Shown in pieces: positions 9,608 through 19,452 of a stretch of 64,000 nt of DNA; positions within the stretch are counted from its first letter, which is position 1, and each line of letters starts with the position of its first letter. The translations under genes and the position numbers were made by a program. Location of the stretch: positions 372,317-436,316 of the IMG/VR virus record IMGVR_UViG_3300032782_000001. One strand, 5' to 3'. Below the pieces are notes generated by a model that saw only the letters and a program-made list of their open reading frames with translations, had not been told where the DNA came from and did no database searches.

Positions 9608-10749
9608 TTACGTTCTTTCATACCTTGGAGGTAGTGATAAGCCCGCACCGGATCCCGATCCGGATGTTGAGAAAGTTCGAGAATAGTTGGGGCATCTGGG
9701 TGTCCATATCGAATGGCGACTTCACCGCCCCCGATATATCTAATAATTGATGCCAAGAATCGAGCCGGAAAATCTCCCTGAATACCGTCCCCTTCAATTA
9801 TGGAGATAGGGATCTTGGAAAGCTCTTGATTCCCTGCTTGGAGTTCCAAATTGCCTTCTTTGCCGTCAACAGTGGATCGAGTAGTTCTAACGCTAACCCT
9901 CTGGGTGCCTTCCAGAGCCAGTAGAGCCCATTCTAAACTTTGGGCTAGCTTCTCTTGATCTGCAACCACCAATGTGCGAAATTTAGATCTATCAGTAACG
10001 GATAAAGGAGGCCGATTTCCGTTTACTTTGCTTAAAGCGAGGACCGATCCTGTACGCGGATCTTCCAAATAGAGACGCGCAGAATCCTGAAAAATAGACA
10101 CAGAATCACTACCACATTTCGCCAGGAATCCTTTGACGATTGGAACGTCATTACTTACCAGAGAAATATCGGATCGGAAAGTCGGTAGGAATGCAATTGA
10201 ACCATAATAACGAGCGTTAGATATGGCGCATCCTTGATCCTTGTAAAAGTGGACCTGGTTTATGCGCATGTCCTCTTCAGTTTTGGTCTCACGGACCATA
10301 GCTGAGCATGAAACTTGTTTGAGTAGTAGATCAAAATCGGAAACACTAACTGATAAGCTATCACCGGCTACAGGCCGTGGAGGAATTGGTGGCCTGCGAG
10401 AACTAGTGGAACGCTTCTTCAAAGTGGCTTGACGAATTTGCTCTGAATTGTGAGTATGAATGGATAGAGACTTATCATTCACATTAATCGTCACGGAGTC
10501 CAAATCGGAATCGAAAAGAGCAGTCCGATCAACAGTGATGTAGAAATCATCCGAAATGTATCCGTCCGGAATCTTATCCAGAGGATCTGCAAAAGTTTCC
10601 GCCCTAACAAACCTTCGTTTGTCAGCAGAAAATAAAATGAGTCGGTTGCTTGCGAACCTCAAACACAAGTCGTTTGTTTGAGGCTTCACGATTTTGGCAA
10701 TCGCGAAACAACGACGTAAATCTTCTGGCGCAAACTTGAACTTCGGCAC
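9604..10749 (-). CDS. dnaN: DNA sliding clamp, beta-subunit-like
   Basis: 381 aa, the size of a beta clamp. C-terminal GDFPARFLASIIRYIGGGEVAIRY..PDAPTIL resembles beta domain III. Clamp-loader genes are in the same block. Confidence 0.65.
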   Translation of the reverse strand: MPKFKFAPEDLRRCFAIAKIVKPQTNDLCLRFASNRLILFSADKRRFVRAETFADPLDKIPDGYISDDFYITVDRTALFDSDLDSVTINVNDKSLSIHTHNSEQIRQATLKKRSTSSRRPPIPPRPVAGDSLSVSVSDFDLLLKQVSCSAMVRETKTEEDMRINQVHFYKDQGCAISNARYYGSIAFLPTFRSDISLVSNDVPIVKGFLAKCGSDSVSIFQDSARLYLEDPRTGSVLALSKVNGNRPPLSVTDRSKFRTLVVADQEKLAQSLEWALLALEGTQRVSVRTTRSTVDGKEGNLELQAGNQELSKIPISIIEGDGIQGDFPARFLASIIRYIGGGEVAIRYGHPDAPTILELSQHPDRDPVRAYHYLQGMKERK

Positions 10750-10750
10750 T

Positions 10751-11059
10751 TCAAGCCTTCTGAATTTCAGCCAGCATGGGTCGAATAATCTTCTCGGCGG
10801 CTTCCAGCTCGGATCTATAGATCGTAAGCTTGGTACCGATCACTTCACTCATATGTCGGATGTCATCTTGGAGCTTGTCAGGTTCGAACCCCTCTTCCCG
10901 AGCCTGCTCCATATATGACTTGAGTGTTTGCTTACGCTCGGCTAACCGAGCTTCAATTTTATTCTTGTCTCGCTCGAGGCTGGTGCCTTTATCGGTAAGA
11001 GTCTTGTACAAGGCTTCGAGCTCGTCGATGCTCAACTCGGAGGGTGGACGTGTGTTCAT
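10751..11059 (-). CDS. Small coiled-coil protein
   Basis: 102 aa, heptad pattern. Confidence 0.6.
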   Translation of the reverse strand: MNTRPPSELSIDELEALYKTLTDKGTSLERDKNKIEARLAERKQTLKSYMEQAREEGFEPDKLQDDIRHMSEVIGTKLTIYRSELEAAEKIIRPMLAEIQKA

Positions 11060-11085
11060 ATGGCTAGAAGGATAGCATACACCCG

Positions 11086-11946
11086 TTACACCGGATCGAG
11101 ATCGAAAATGGAACTTTCGATCCTGCTCCCACTTTCAACTTTCCGAGCTGCTACATGTTTACGCCCTTCTTCGCATCGATTCTGATAATCACATCTTGAA
11201 CATTCAGGACCAGTCTTTGGATCAAAAATTTTTAATTTGATCTTATTTGCTACTTCAAATGTCGTGTCGACATTTGCACGCATAGCATCAGCATCATACA
11301 ATATCCATTGAATGGGTTCATCTGGGAATTTATAATGGAGGAATCCAAGCTTATCAGGTGCGACCCCGTATTTAATATAATAAAGTACAGAGTACCAAAT
11401 CAGCTGCTCAGGGTCCACATACTTCTCTCTGTGTTTACTGCCTTTCCCGTCAATGATGGAAATGGGATTTTTAGTCCCATGGATGAAATCAGCTTTCCCA
11501 CCGAGTTTCAATGTAGACCCGTGTTTCGGGCTAGTGTAGATCAGTGTGAGGTCAACTTCGGATCTACTAGAATCGGTTAACAGCTTATGCTTCCTAATAA
11601 CATCTAAGATTCTCGGTACCAGATTCCGCACTTCATCGACGGTTTTCAGGAATAGGTCCTTATACTCAGAAGTGTCAGCTTTTTCTTCCACGAAAATAGC
11701 TCGAGTAGCTGATTCAACGGAAGCAAGCGTCGTAGCTAGAACGTCTGGAGACATCCAAAACTGTCGGTTGTAAAACCATTCAAAGACTTTCCCCATAGAC
11801 TTCCCAAACACAGTATCGTGAAGATTCCACTGCTGAGGGAGTCTCTGAATATATGAAAACATGTATTTACGTGGGCATGTCAAGTAGCACTTGCGACCTG
11901 AATAGCTCAGGTAAATATCATAATGGGGCCCGTTAGCCATGATCAA
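11086..11946 (-). CDS. PD-(D/E)XK (RecB/Cas4-like) nuclease
   Basis: YLSYS..K.YLTCPRKY, GKADF..IIDGK, QL.WY, C-terminal CSRCDYQNRC. Confidence 0.85.
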   Translation of the reverse strand: MIMANGPHYDIYLSYSGRKCYLTCPRKYMFSYIQRLPQQWNLHDTVFGKSMGKVFEWFYNRQFWMSPDVLATTLASVESATRAIFVEEKADTSEYKDLFLKTVDEVRNLVPRILDVIRKHKLLTDSSRSEVDLTLIYTSPKHGSTLKLGGKADFIHGTKNPISIIDGKGSKHREKYVDPEQLIWYSVLYYIKYGVAPDKLGFLHYKFPDEPIQWILYDADAMRANVDTTFEVANKIKLKIFDPKTGPECSRCDYQNRCEEGRKHVAARKVESGSRIESSIFDLDPV

Positions 11947-11948
11947 CG

Positions 11949-12947
11949 CTACTCGTCGAGAGTCCCGGCCTCGGCGGCTTCGAGGATTTCTTCTATCCTA
12001 ACTTTGACATCATCAGCCATGTTCGAATTCTTCAAATCTTCCAATCGGTTCCGGATACCGCCATCTTCAGGAGCTGAAGCTCCTGCTCGAAGCTGAACCA
12101 AGAAATCATTCAAAGACCTTCGCTCCGCATCCAATTGTTTCTTTTTCTCTAGGTCGAACACATTTAAAGCGTCCGCGTGCGGAATGATGTGCTCTTCCAC
12201 GTGGACTCCTCTGGAATCGCATTTAATAAGTGAAACTTTGGGTTTCCTCTCCATATTTTCAAAAGTCAGAGCGCCACGAGATACTGCACCCAAATTCACG
12301 AATTTAATTCCAAGGTGTTCTTGAACGCCTTGATCTTTGTGATAATGGCCAAAGATATAAACATCAGGGCAACCATCGAATACCAAATCTCGATAATCAA
12401 AGATGTGCTCATGGAAGAAAGATTGGATCCGCTCTTCTGGAGCATAAGCAGCAAGAGCGTGGACGAATGCGATGGTGTAATCAGAGCCATCTTTCTTGCG
12501 GACAGAATCATGGAGGTGAGCTTCCTCCATACCGACCGTATATTCCACACCCACTACACGAACGCGAAGAGTGCCGGATTCAAAAGTTTCGTCTCGAAGT
12601 TGAGAGACAGCTCGAGACCGGAACAGGACGCCAAGAGGCTGCCTGGGGAGAGAATCCGGGTCATTACGGCTCATGTCATGGTTGCCCGCCACAGCAAAAG
12701 TGGGACACGAGCCTCCAGCATGAATTTTTGCAACGTGGCCTAACGTTGCCATTGTAGTCTTGTTTGCTTCTTTAACGTGGAAGAGATCCCCTCCACGTAG
12801 AACAGCATTGGCTTGGAAACGCCTGGCCATATCGGCTTGCCAAGCCAGCTTATCAAGGATTGCAGACCGATAATCGTCTTTCCGGAATCCCGGAGATAAA
12901 TCGGCCAGATGTTCATCTGAGGAAGTGAGGAACCGGATTTCTGACAA
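11949..12947 (-). CDS. SbcD/Mre11-like metallophosphoesterase
   Basis: SDEH, GDLFH, GNHD, GHYH motifs; TTG start after GGAGG. Confidence 0.87.
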   Translation of the reverse strand: MSEIRFLTSSDEHLADLSPGFRKDDYRSAILDKLAWQADMARRFQANAVLRGGDLFHVKEANKTTMATLGHVAKIHAGGSCPTFAVAGNHDMSRNDPDSLPRQPLGVLFRSRAVSQLRDETFESGTLRVRVVGVEYTVGMEEAHLHDSVRKKDGSDYTIAFVHALAAYAPEERIQSFFHEHIFDYRDLVFDGCPDVYIFGHYHKDQGVQEHLGIKFVNLGAVSRGALTFENMERKPKVSLIKCDSRGVHVEEHIIPHADALNVFDLEKKKQLDAERRSLNDFLVQLRAGASAPEDGGIRNRLEDLKNSNMADDVKVRIEEILEAAEAGTLDE

Positions 12948-12966
12948 GATGACCTCCAGTAGGAGG

Positions 12967-13206
12967 TTACACCTCCATGATAAGGCGGACGTCAACGAGA
13001 TCAGCTATTTCAGAACTGATCGGGACGCAGTCAGCCATGACACTCTTACACTTGTTGCAGACAAGCTCCCATCCGGAATGATACTCTTTCATCCATTCCA
13101 TGGATGCACCTAGTCCGCATATGCAAGTCCCGTTTACGATGATTCTGCCGTCTAAGAATCGATGAACGGAAGAATACGAACGAGGGAGTGCATTAAGCCG
13201 CGTCAT
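12967..13206 (-). CDS. Small zinc-ribbon protein
   Basis: CICG and CNKC pairs; start placed at ATG 13206, overlapping the helicase 3' end. Confidence 0.5.
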   Translation of the reverse strand: MTRLNALPRSYSSVHRFLDGRIIVNGTCICGLGASMEWMKEYHSGWELVCNKCKSVMADCVPISSEIADLVDVRLIMEV

Positions 13207-15427
13207 CACTCTTCGATTGAAGCTTTTGAAGTTCTTCAGAGATGAATGAGGAAAGCGCAGAATTCCGAACAGTTTCTCTATCATTCGTGGTGGCAAACCT
13301 AAAAGCTCCCGGATCTCCGAAGATGAATACTTTCTTCTTCGCACGGGTAATCGCGGTGTAGATAAGATTTCGGTACAGCATTACACCGTACTTCATTGTC
13401 ATGGGTAGAACAATATAGTCAAATTCCTGCCCTTGACACTTGTGCGCAGTACAGGCATATGCCACACGTAGAACATGACGAGCTTCTTCCACTTTAAAAG
13501 TGAAGATTTTGTCTACATATTTCGGAACGGTTGACTCAGAGTCAAACCAATCAAAAATTTTGACTTCAATTTCGTCATTCTTAAGAGAAATTCGCTGGAC
13601 CTTTCCAACATCTCCATTGAAGACCATTCTATCATAATCATTCTTGATAATCATGACACGGTCTCCTTCATAGAGATCGGTCTCGCCATGACGAATCTTC
13701 GTAGTCTTGTCATATCCAGGGTTGAGGACTTCACGAAGTTCTAGATTCAGATTATTAACTCCTAAGATCCCGTCGTAGGTTGGAGCAATTACTTGGAAAT
13801 TGGCATTCTTGGCCTTCATGTTGGAAGCCATGTCACAAATTTCCTCCATTACCCTGTCTTTATGATAGTGGAGGAATACAAATTCCGAATTTTGCTTGAA
13901 AGTCGTGTCCACGGGCTCACCACGAAGAATAGAATGAGCTACGGAGATAATGTCTGACTGCTTTTCTTGCCTGTAGATACGAGTTAATGACACGTGGGGG
14001 ACAGATTCACAAGACATGAGATTGTTGAGAACATATCCAGGCCCAACAGATGGAAGTTGAGCTGAATCTCCAACCATGATGACAATCGTGGAGGGAGATA
14101 AAGCAGATACTAGATGGAAGAAGGTAGCACCATCTACCATGCTCATTTCATCTACAATGACAGCATCTACGATGAACTTATTGCTGGAATCGAATTCCCA
14201 TCCACCATCGCGCTTGAATCCCAACGCACGGTGAATGGTATATGCGGGTTTCCCAGTAACTTGGGAGAGTCGCTTAGCCGCGATTCCAGTTGGAGACAAT
14301 AAAGAATAGTTCAAATGAGCCTTCTCAAAAAGGTTGACGAAAGCCGAGATCAGAAGAGTTTTTCCTGTACCAGGATAACCGGAAACTACGCAAAGACGCG
14401 AATCAGAAAGCAGCATGAAAGCCTGCCGCTGCTCTTCTGAGAGAACCAAGCCGCGACCCTTCTCGAAGGAAGAAAGGGTGTCTGCCAAATCTTTGAAAGG
14501 AAAAGGCTTCTGACTGGCAAATTCAGCCATACACTGGGCTGCAACCGATTCATGGTGCCAATTCCAAAATGGGTAAATGCGATCATTGTCGCAAATTACG
14601 GCCTTGGACTCACGAAGTTGAGCTAAAGCCGTGTAGAATTCCGATTCAGATATATATTCACCATGAGAAAATGGCTGAAGTCCATTGCGTCGGAACATTC
14701 GACGCGCGTGGTCAAGAATTTGGTCTGAACTTGCATACATGTGACCTTCTGATTGAGAAAGTTCGATCAGAGAATGTTGAACGAATGCCTTAATACGCCG
14801 GGAATCATCTACCCCGATTCCAAGCTTGCGAGCAGCGATGTCGGCAGTTAAAAATCCGATTCCGGCGCAATCCGCGAGTCGATACGGGTCTGACCGAGTA
14901 ATATTCCTCGTATCAGTCCCGAATTTGGTATATACGGACTTAATTTGGGATGCAGTCAGTCCGAGTTCCGCCAAGAAAATAGCCACAGTCCGGGTCTCGG
15001 AAGATTCTTTCCACTCCCGGATGATGGAATCAGCTTGAGGCTTCGTAAGAAAATCAAGAGATTGAATCGAATCAGCGTTAGTTTCGAGGACATGGAGAAG
15101 GTTGTCCCCATAAACTCCATAAAGTCGATTGGCTGTAACAGGACCAATCGTACGGACGTTGTTCATCAAGTAACTGACAATTCCAGCTTTCCCTTTTTCG
15201 GGAATGACTTCACATGAGGTGGCATTGAGCTGCCGACCATAAGTCGCATGCTCTTCGTATTTCCCAATAAATTTGGCCTTCAGACCAACACTAAATGAGA
15301 AACCTGGGAAATTTCCTCGGACGGTTACTTCTGATTTCTTACCCTCCGGAATAGTCTTGAGGACATAATACCCATTCTCGCGCTTAGCGAAGAGGATACC
15401 ACTGATCTTGCAGGTCAGTTCTTCCAT
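13193..15427 (-). CDS. recD2: RecD2-like SF1B helicase
   Basis: N-terminal OB and HhH repeats, GYPGTGKT, IVDEMSM, GDSAQLPSV, YACTAHKCQG, YTAITRAK. Confidence 0.93.
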   Translation of the reverse strand: MEELTCKISGILFAKRENGYYVLKTIPEGKKSEVTVRGNFPGFSFSVGLKAKFIGKYEEHATYGRQLNATSCEVIPEKGKAGIVSYLMNNVRTIGPVTANRLYGVYGDNLLHVLETNADSIQSLDFLTKPQADSIIREWKESSETRTVAIFLAELGLTASQIKSVYTKFGTDTRNITRSDPYRLADCAGIGFLTADIAARKLGIGVDDSRRIKAFVQHSLIELSQSEGHMYASSDQILDHARRMFRRNGLQPFSHGEYISESEFYTALAQLRESKAVICDNDRIYPFWNWHHESVAAQCMAEFASQKPFPFKDLADTLSSFEKGRGLVLSEEQRQAFMLLSDSRLCVVSGYPGTGKTLLISAFVNLFEKAHLNYSLLSPTGIAAKRLSQVTGKPAYTIHRALGFKRDGGWEFDSSNKFIVDAVIVDEMSMVDGATFFHLVSALSPSTIVIMVGDSAQLPSVGPGYVLNNLMSCESVPHVSLTRIYRQEKQSDIISVAHSILRGEPVDTTFKQNSEFVFLHYHKDRVMEEICDMASNMKAKNANFQVIAPTYDGILGVNNLNLELREVLNPGYDKTTKIRHGETDLYEGDRVMIIKNDYDRMVFNGDVGKVQRISLKNDEIEVKIFDWFDSESTVPKYVDKIFTFKVEEARHVLRVAYACTAHKCQGQEFDYIVLPMTMKYGVMLYRNLIYTAITRAKKKVFIFGDPGAFRFATTNDRETVRNSALSSFISEELQKLQSKSDDAA

Positions 15428-15486
15428 CTGTTACTGCCACGATCAATAGTACATCAAAAGCCCGCGAAATACAAGAAGGAAAGCTT

Positions 15487-16284
15487 TTACGAAATCCGAA
15501 TCATATCATAGAATTCAGATTCGGTAATAATAGAAACCCCATATTTTTTGGCCTTCTGCATTTTGGAAGAGGTAAAGGATTGGTCCTCATTAGTAATGAG
15601 GTAAGTCAATCCAGATCCGACGGATTCTTTAACCGTCCCTCCAGCATTTAAAATATCTTTTTGTACTGCCTTACGTGGTTTAGACGTGGCTCCCGTAATA
15701 CAGAAAGATTTTCCGCTAAGAGGCCCGGAAATAGGTCGTTTCAAGTCTAGGACGGAAGCAAGGTCCAGAATTGCTTCTCTCCGTTCCTGGATTCCGGAGT
15801 ATATTTGGCGAGCTGTTACTTCTCCTACGTTAGGGACTCGGAGCAAATCTTCAATCGAAGCTGAGAGGATCTTTTCTACAGTGTCCAACCCGGCCTGAAC
15901 CATGTCAGTGGAAGTGGCGATACCCAAATTCTGAATATTGAGACCGGCCAACATGAGTTCAAGAGGAATAGACTTAGCCCGATGAAGAACTTCCCAACAC
16001 TTCTGGGCTACTTTAACCCCAGAACAACATTCAGCCATGTCTTCAACATCCAGTCTGTACAGATCTGCAATGGAAGCGATGCGGGGATTATCCGGATCGG
16101 TCAAAGTATCAATGAAGGAATCTCCCCAGTGAAGTAAACCGAGTCGATTCACCCAAGCCTTGACCGAACCAGACAACCTGGACGGGCATCCTTTGGATCG
16201 ACAATAGAGGAATTCTCCCTCTATCGTGGTTGGCCCAGCACAAGAAGGACAGGCATCAGGAATCTTGAAGAGCTCGGGCTCCAT
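15487..16284 (-). CDS. ligA (C-part): NAD-dependent DNA ligase, C-terminal part (Zn finger, HhH repeats, BRCT)
   Basis: CPSCAG..YCRSKGCP, ADLYRL, VPNVGEVTA, LSGKSFCITG, SSKMQKAKKYGVSII. Confidence 0.9.
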   Translation of the reverse strand: MEPELFKIPDACPSCAGPTTIEGEFLYCRSKGCPSRLSGSVKAWVNRLGLLHWGDSFIDTLTDPDNPRIASIADLYRLDVEDMAECCSGVKVAQKCWEVLHRAKSIPLELMLAGLNIQNLGIATSTDMVQAGLDTVEKILSASIEDLLRVPNVGEVTARQIYSGIQERREAILDLASVLDLKRPISGPLSGKSFCITGATSKPRKAVQKDILNAGGTVKESVGSGLTYLITNEDQSFTSSKMQKAKKYGVSIITESEFYDMIRIS

Positions 16285-16307
16285 GCCCGAGGTTACACGT
16301 AACAGAT

Positions 16308-16769
16308 TTAAGCCTGTTCTTGTTGCTCTTCAGCAGCCGGGGCAGGGGTCTCTTCTTCCACTTCAACGGGAACTTCGTAGACCTCTTCGGGCGCCGGGGG
16401 CGCCGGGGGTGCCCCGTGCTGCGGAGGACCGCCTTGAGGCGAACCATAGGCCATGTCGGATTCGGCCATCTGAAGCTTGCCGTCGTAGAATGCCTTAGAG
16501 AATTTCGAGAGTTCTTCGCCCAACGCCAGAACCTCTTCAGAAATCTTCTCGAGCTCTGAAAGCTCTCCACCAATGAAATCGCCCTGGAGGCGAGCCAGCT
16601 TGGCGTAAAGGACGTGAGTGTCCTTCAAGACGTCAGCAATGTAGGAGTTGACCCGTTGCCATTCAGCATCCCTATCCGTGGCTGCGGACCTAACGAGGTG
16701 CAGATTCCTGCGATCACGAAGCTCTTGGGCCACGCGATACGCCACAGTCGCAAAATTGGAAGCAGGCAT
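16308..16769 (-). CDS. Hypothetical acidic protein lying between the two ligase halves
   Basis: ATG 16769 after AAGAGGA; helical N-terminus, Pro/Glu-rich tail. Confidence 0.6.
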   Translation of the reverse strand: MPASNFATVAYRVAQELRDRRNLHLVRSAATDRDAEWQRVNSYIADVLKDTHVLYAKLARLQGDFIGGELSELEKISEEVLALGEELSKFSKAFYDGKLQMAESDMAYGSPQGGPPQHGAPPAPPAPEEVYEVPVEVEEETPAPAAEEQQEQA

Positions 16770-16837
16770 GCAGGTCCTCTTAGGAAGAGGCGCCACCAAA
16801 GGGCTATTTAGATATCGAACTAGTGTACCATAGGGGT

Positions 16838-17965
16838 ATGGACCGCAAAGAAGAATTGAAGAAACTAATCCAAGAAGCGCAAGAAGCTTACTACAATTTG
16901 GAACCCAAAGTATCGGACCAAGTTTATGACGCATGGGTTGATGAACTGACTCAGTTAGACCCCATTGCAACAGAAGTTACGGTCGTCGGGGCTCCGGTTC
17001 CACAGTTATCGGTCTGGGAGAAAGTTGCTCACGAGATCCCAATGGGGTCTCTCAATAAAGTTAATTCATTCGAAGAGTTCAAAGAGTGGGCTCAGAAAAC
17101 CGGGGCGTCCACTTTGTTCATGACTCACAAAGTTGACGGGTCATCGATGGAATTAGTTTATAAGTCCGGCAAGCTTATCAGGTGCGTGACTAGAGGTGAC
17201 GGCATCATCGGCGAAGATGTGACCGCCAATGTCATTCAAATCCCATCAGTGCCCAAACAATTAGAGGAACCGGTGGACGTCACTGTGCGCGGTGAAATTG
17301 TCATGTTCAAAAGCGTTTTCGAGAAAAAATATGCGGGAGTCTACGCCAACCCGCGCAATACCGCAGCAGCCAAGGTCCGCGAGAAGAAAGGAGGAGGAGA
17401 AACATGCCGAGATCTGGAATTTATAGCTTATTGGATGCAACTTGGAGACAATGCATTTCAACCGAAGACCGTGGTCTTCATGATCGATTGGCTCGAAAGG
17501 CGGAAATTTAACATCCCAGAGTGCTCGGTCACAATCATCACCGAAATGGACCATATGTATCGACTTTATGAGTCCACTAAGAAAAATCGAGATTCAATCC
17601 CTTACGAAATCGATGGAATGGTGGTGTCTGTTAACAACCTCGATAGATTCGAAGAACTCGGGGAACTCAACATGCGTCCAAGAGGACAAATTGCGTGGAA
17701 ATTTGACTCAGCGATGGGGATATCAAGGGTCATTGACATTAAATGGCAAGTTGGACTCACGGGACGAATTACTCCCGTCGCAAGCATTGAGCCTGTGAAT
17801 ATCGGTGGTGTAACAATTACAAGCGTCTCTCTCCATAACCTGACGTTATTCCGAGATCTTCGTCTCTCCCCCGGATCTCAAGTTCTCGTCTCCAGAAGAA
17901 ATGACGTTATCCCATACATCGAAGCTAGGTTGGACGACAACAAAGCTGATGAGCTCAAGCAATGA
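16838..17965 (+). CDS. ligA (N-part): NAD-dependent DNA ligase, N-terminal part (Ia, adenylation and OB domains)
   Basis: YYNLEP.VSDQVYD, HEIPMGSLNK, KVDG (KxDG), TRGDG..GEDVT, VRGE, NPRN, EIDGMVV, WQVGLTGRITPVA, SLHN; ends after DVIPYI. Confidence 0.92.
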   Translation: MDRKEELKKLIQEAQEAYYNLEPKVSDQVYDAWVDELTQLDPIATEVTVVGAPVPQLSVWEKVAHEIPMGSLNKVNSFEEFKEWAQKTGASTLFMTHKVDGSSMELVYKSGKLIRCVTRGDGIIGEDVTANVIQIPSVPKQLEEPVDVTVRGEIVMFKSVFEKKYAGVYANPRNTAAAKVREKKGGGETCRDLEFIAYWMQLGDNAFQPKTVVFMIDWLERRKFNIPECSVTIITEMDHMYRLYESTKKNRDSIPYEIDGMVVSVNNLDRFEELGELNMRPRGQIAWKFDSAMGISRVIDIKWQVGLTGRITPVASIEPVNIGGVTITSVSLHNLTLFRDLRLSPGSQVLVSRRNDVIPYIEARLDDNKADELKQ

Positions 17966-18183
17966 CACGACCTCGACATGAAGCAGCTAAGACTCGACTC
18001 AATCTGCAGATTCCAGACGGCTTCCGGGAAACACTAGAAAATGTTCGAAAGAAAACCGACGCGGCCTCCATAACAGAGGTAATCATTAAAGCAGTTCGGG
18101 TATATGAAGCAATAAGTAAGTCCAACGCCAGGTTGATACTGAGGTATCCTGACGGAATGGAAAAAGAAGTTTGGGTGATCTAA
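17962..18183 (+). CDS. Ribbon-helix-helix (CopG-like) DNA-binding protein
   Basis: RLNLQIP...LENVRKKT...SITEVIIKAV pattern. Confidence 0.7.
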   Translation: MTRPRHEAAKTRLNLQIPDGFRETLENVRKKTDAASITEVIIKAVRVYEAISKSNARLILRYPDGMEKEVWVI

Positions 18184-18698
18184 AGTTCGTAAATACCAAT
18201 ATACGGTAAATTTCGATATCTCTCATCGAAATCCAATCCATACCCAACAACAAAATGATCTTCAATAGTGAATCCGAGATAATCGATCGGAACCTCAACC
18301 TTCTTACGAGAAGGTTTGTGTAAGAGTGCGCAAACTGCAATGCTGGACGGATTCCTTGCTTGAAGCACTGATAAAAGATAATGAATCGTAAGTCCAGTAT
18401 CGATAATATCTTCTACCAACAAAATGTGCCTGCCTTCTATCGGTTTCACCAAATCGGCAGTGATCCGGACTTCTCCGGAAGATGAGAGAGAATTTCCGTA
18501 TGAACTGGCTGCTAGAAAATCGATGGTCATGCTGGGAGAATCGATGGCTCGGACCAAATCAGCCAGAAAGATGAAAGAACCTTTCAAGACACCAATTACA
18601 GTCAAAAGTTGGCCGTCATAACGTTTCCGGATTTCTTCCCCAAGAGTGGAGACTCGGAGAGAAATATCGCTAGCAGAGAGAAGTTCCTGCATAGTCAA
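18180..18698 (-). CDS. hpt: Hypoxanthine phosphoribosyltransferase
   Basis: VLKGSFIFLADL, SSYG, LLVEDIIDTGLT PRPP loop, FVVGYGLD...YRNLPYI. Confidence 0.96.
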   Translation of the reverse strand: MTMQELLSASDISLRVSTLGEEIRKRYDGQLLTVIGVLKGSFIFLADLVRAIDSPSMTIDFLAASSYGNSLSSSGEVRITADLVKPIEGRHILLVEDIIDTGLTIHYLLSVLQARNPSSIAVCALLHKPSRKKVEVPIDYLGFTIEDHFVVGYGLDFDERYRNLPYIGIYEL

Positions 18699-18955
18699 CT
18701 CACTTTATTTCCTTGAGCGGCGGCCGTCATCTCTTCAATAGTTTGAAGAGATTCAAACGAAATCATTGTAATTCGAACTTTCTTACCAAGCAATGTGGCT
18801 AGCGCCGCTTGTGGATCGAATCCTATGCCATCATCGTCCACTAATACCAAATGACCAGTTTTACCATCAAGGGTAACCGTTCCATCACGGAGTACCCCCG
18901 CATCAAAGCCGTGTTGGAACCTGTCACCATCATTATCGTAATCGATTTCGGCCAT
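18695..18955 (-). CDS. Hypothetical protein
   Basis: 86-aa ORF coupled to hpt. Confidence 0.55.
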   Translation of the reverse strand: MAEIDYDNDGDRFQHGFDAGVLRDGTVTLDGKTGHLVLVDDDGIGFDPQAALATLLGKKVRITMISFESLQTIEEMTAAAQGNKVS

Positions 18956-19002
18956 ATGTAACGGTACGCAGAAAATTCGGGAAGACGAATGTATTAAGGG
19001 GA

Positions 19003-19452
19003 ATGAGCAAGGCCGCCGATCGAATCCCCTATCACCTTCGTCCCCAAGTCACCAGGCCGAGTGTTCTCGTCCTGCACGAGAAGCATGGAAAACAATATTT
19101 CTATGTGCCTGATGAAGAAGCTTTGTTCAAAGCGGCACTAGAAGTCTTGAAAGCAAGAAATTGCGCTCATTATTATTACAAGCCAGAACATCCTAAAGAC
19201 CCGGGCATTACGAAAGAACAAGTCGAAGCTTTGCCAGAAGTGATGAAGGCCGAAGGCAAGAAGAAGCTTTCCACATACGATCAGGAAATTCGGCAATATG
19301 AGGACTGCTTGAGAATGTATGAAACGATCCAAAAGACAATCGAGGAGGGAGATGGGAGGGCAGCTTGGCGTATTCTCCGAGATCGAAACGACGGGGAGTA
19401 TGAGCGGGTTTCCCTCGAACCTGTACTCCAACCCGGTGATTACAAACGGTAA
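19003..19452 (+). CDS. Hypothetical protein
   Basis: 149-aa ORF with AAGGGG RBS. Confidence 0.6.
   Translation: MSKAADRIPYHLRPQVTRPSVLVLHEKHGKQYFYVPDEEALFKAALEVLKARNCAHYYYKPEHPKDPGITKEQVEALPEVMKAEGKKKLSTYDQEIRQYEDCLRMYETIQKTIEEGDGRAAWRILRDRNDGEYERVSLEPVLQPGDYKR

Noticed and set aside
11086-11946. Cas4 as evidence of a CRISPR system
   Set aside because: PD-(D/E)XK nucleases of this type are common stand-alone phage recombination genes; here it sits beside SbcD.
16770-16970. 5' extensions from the ORF track (16970, 7058, 12995, 22541, 38595, 41696, 54836, 58971)
   Set aside because: They overlap neighbouring genes; downstream starts have better RBS or coupling.
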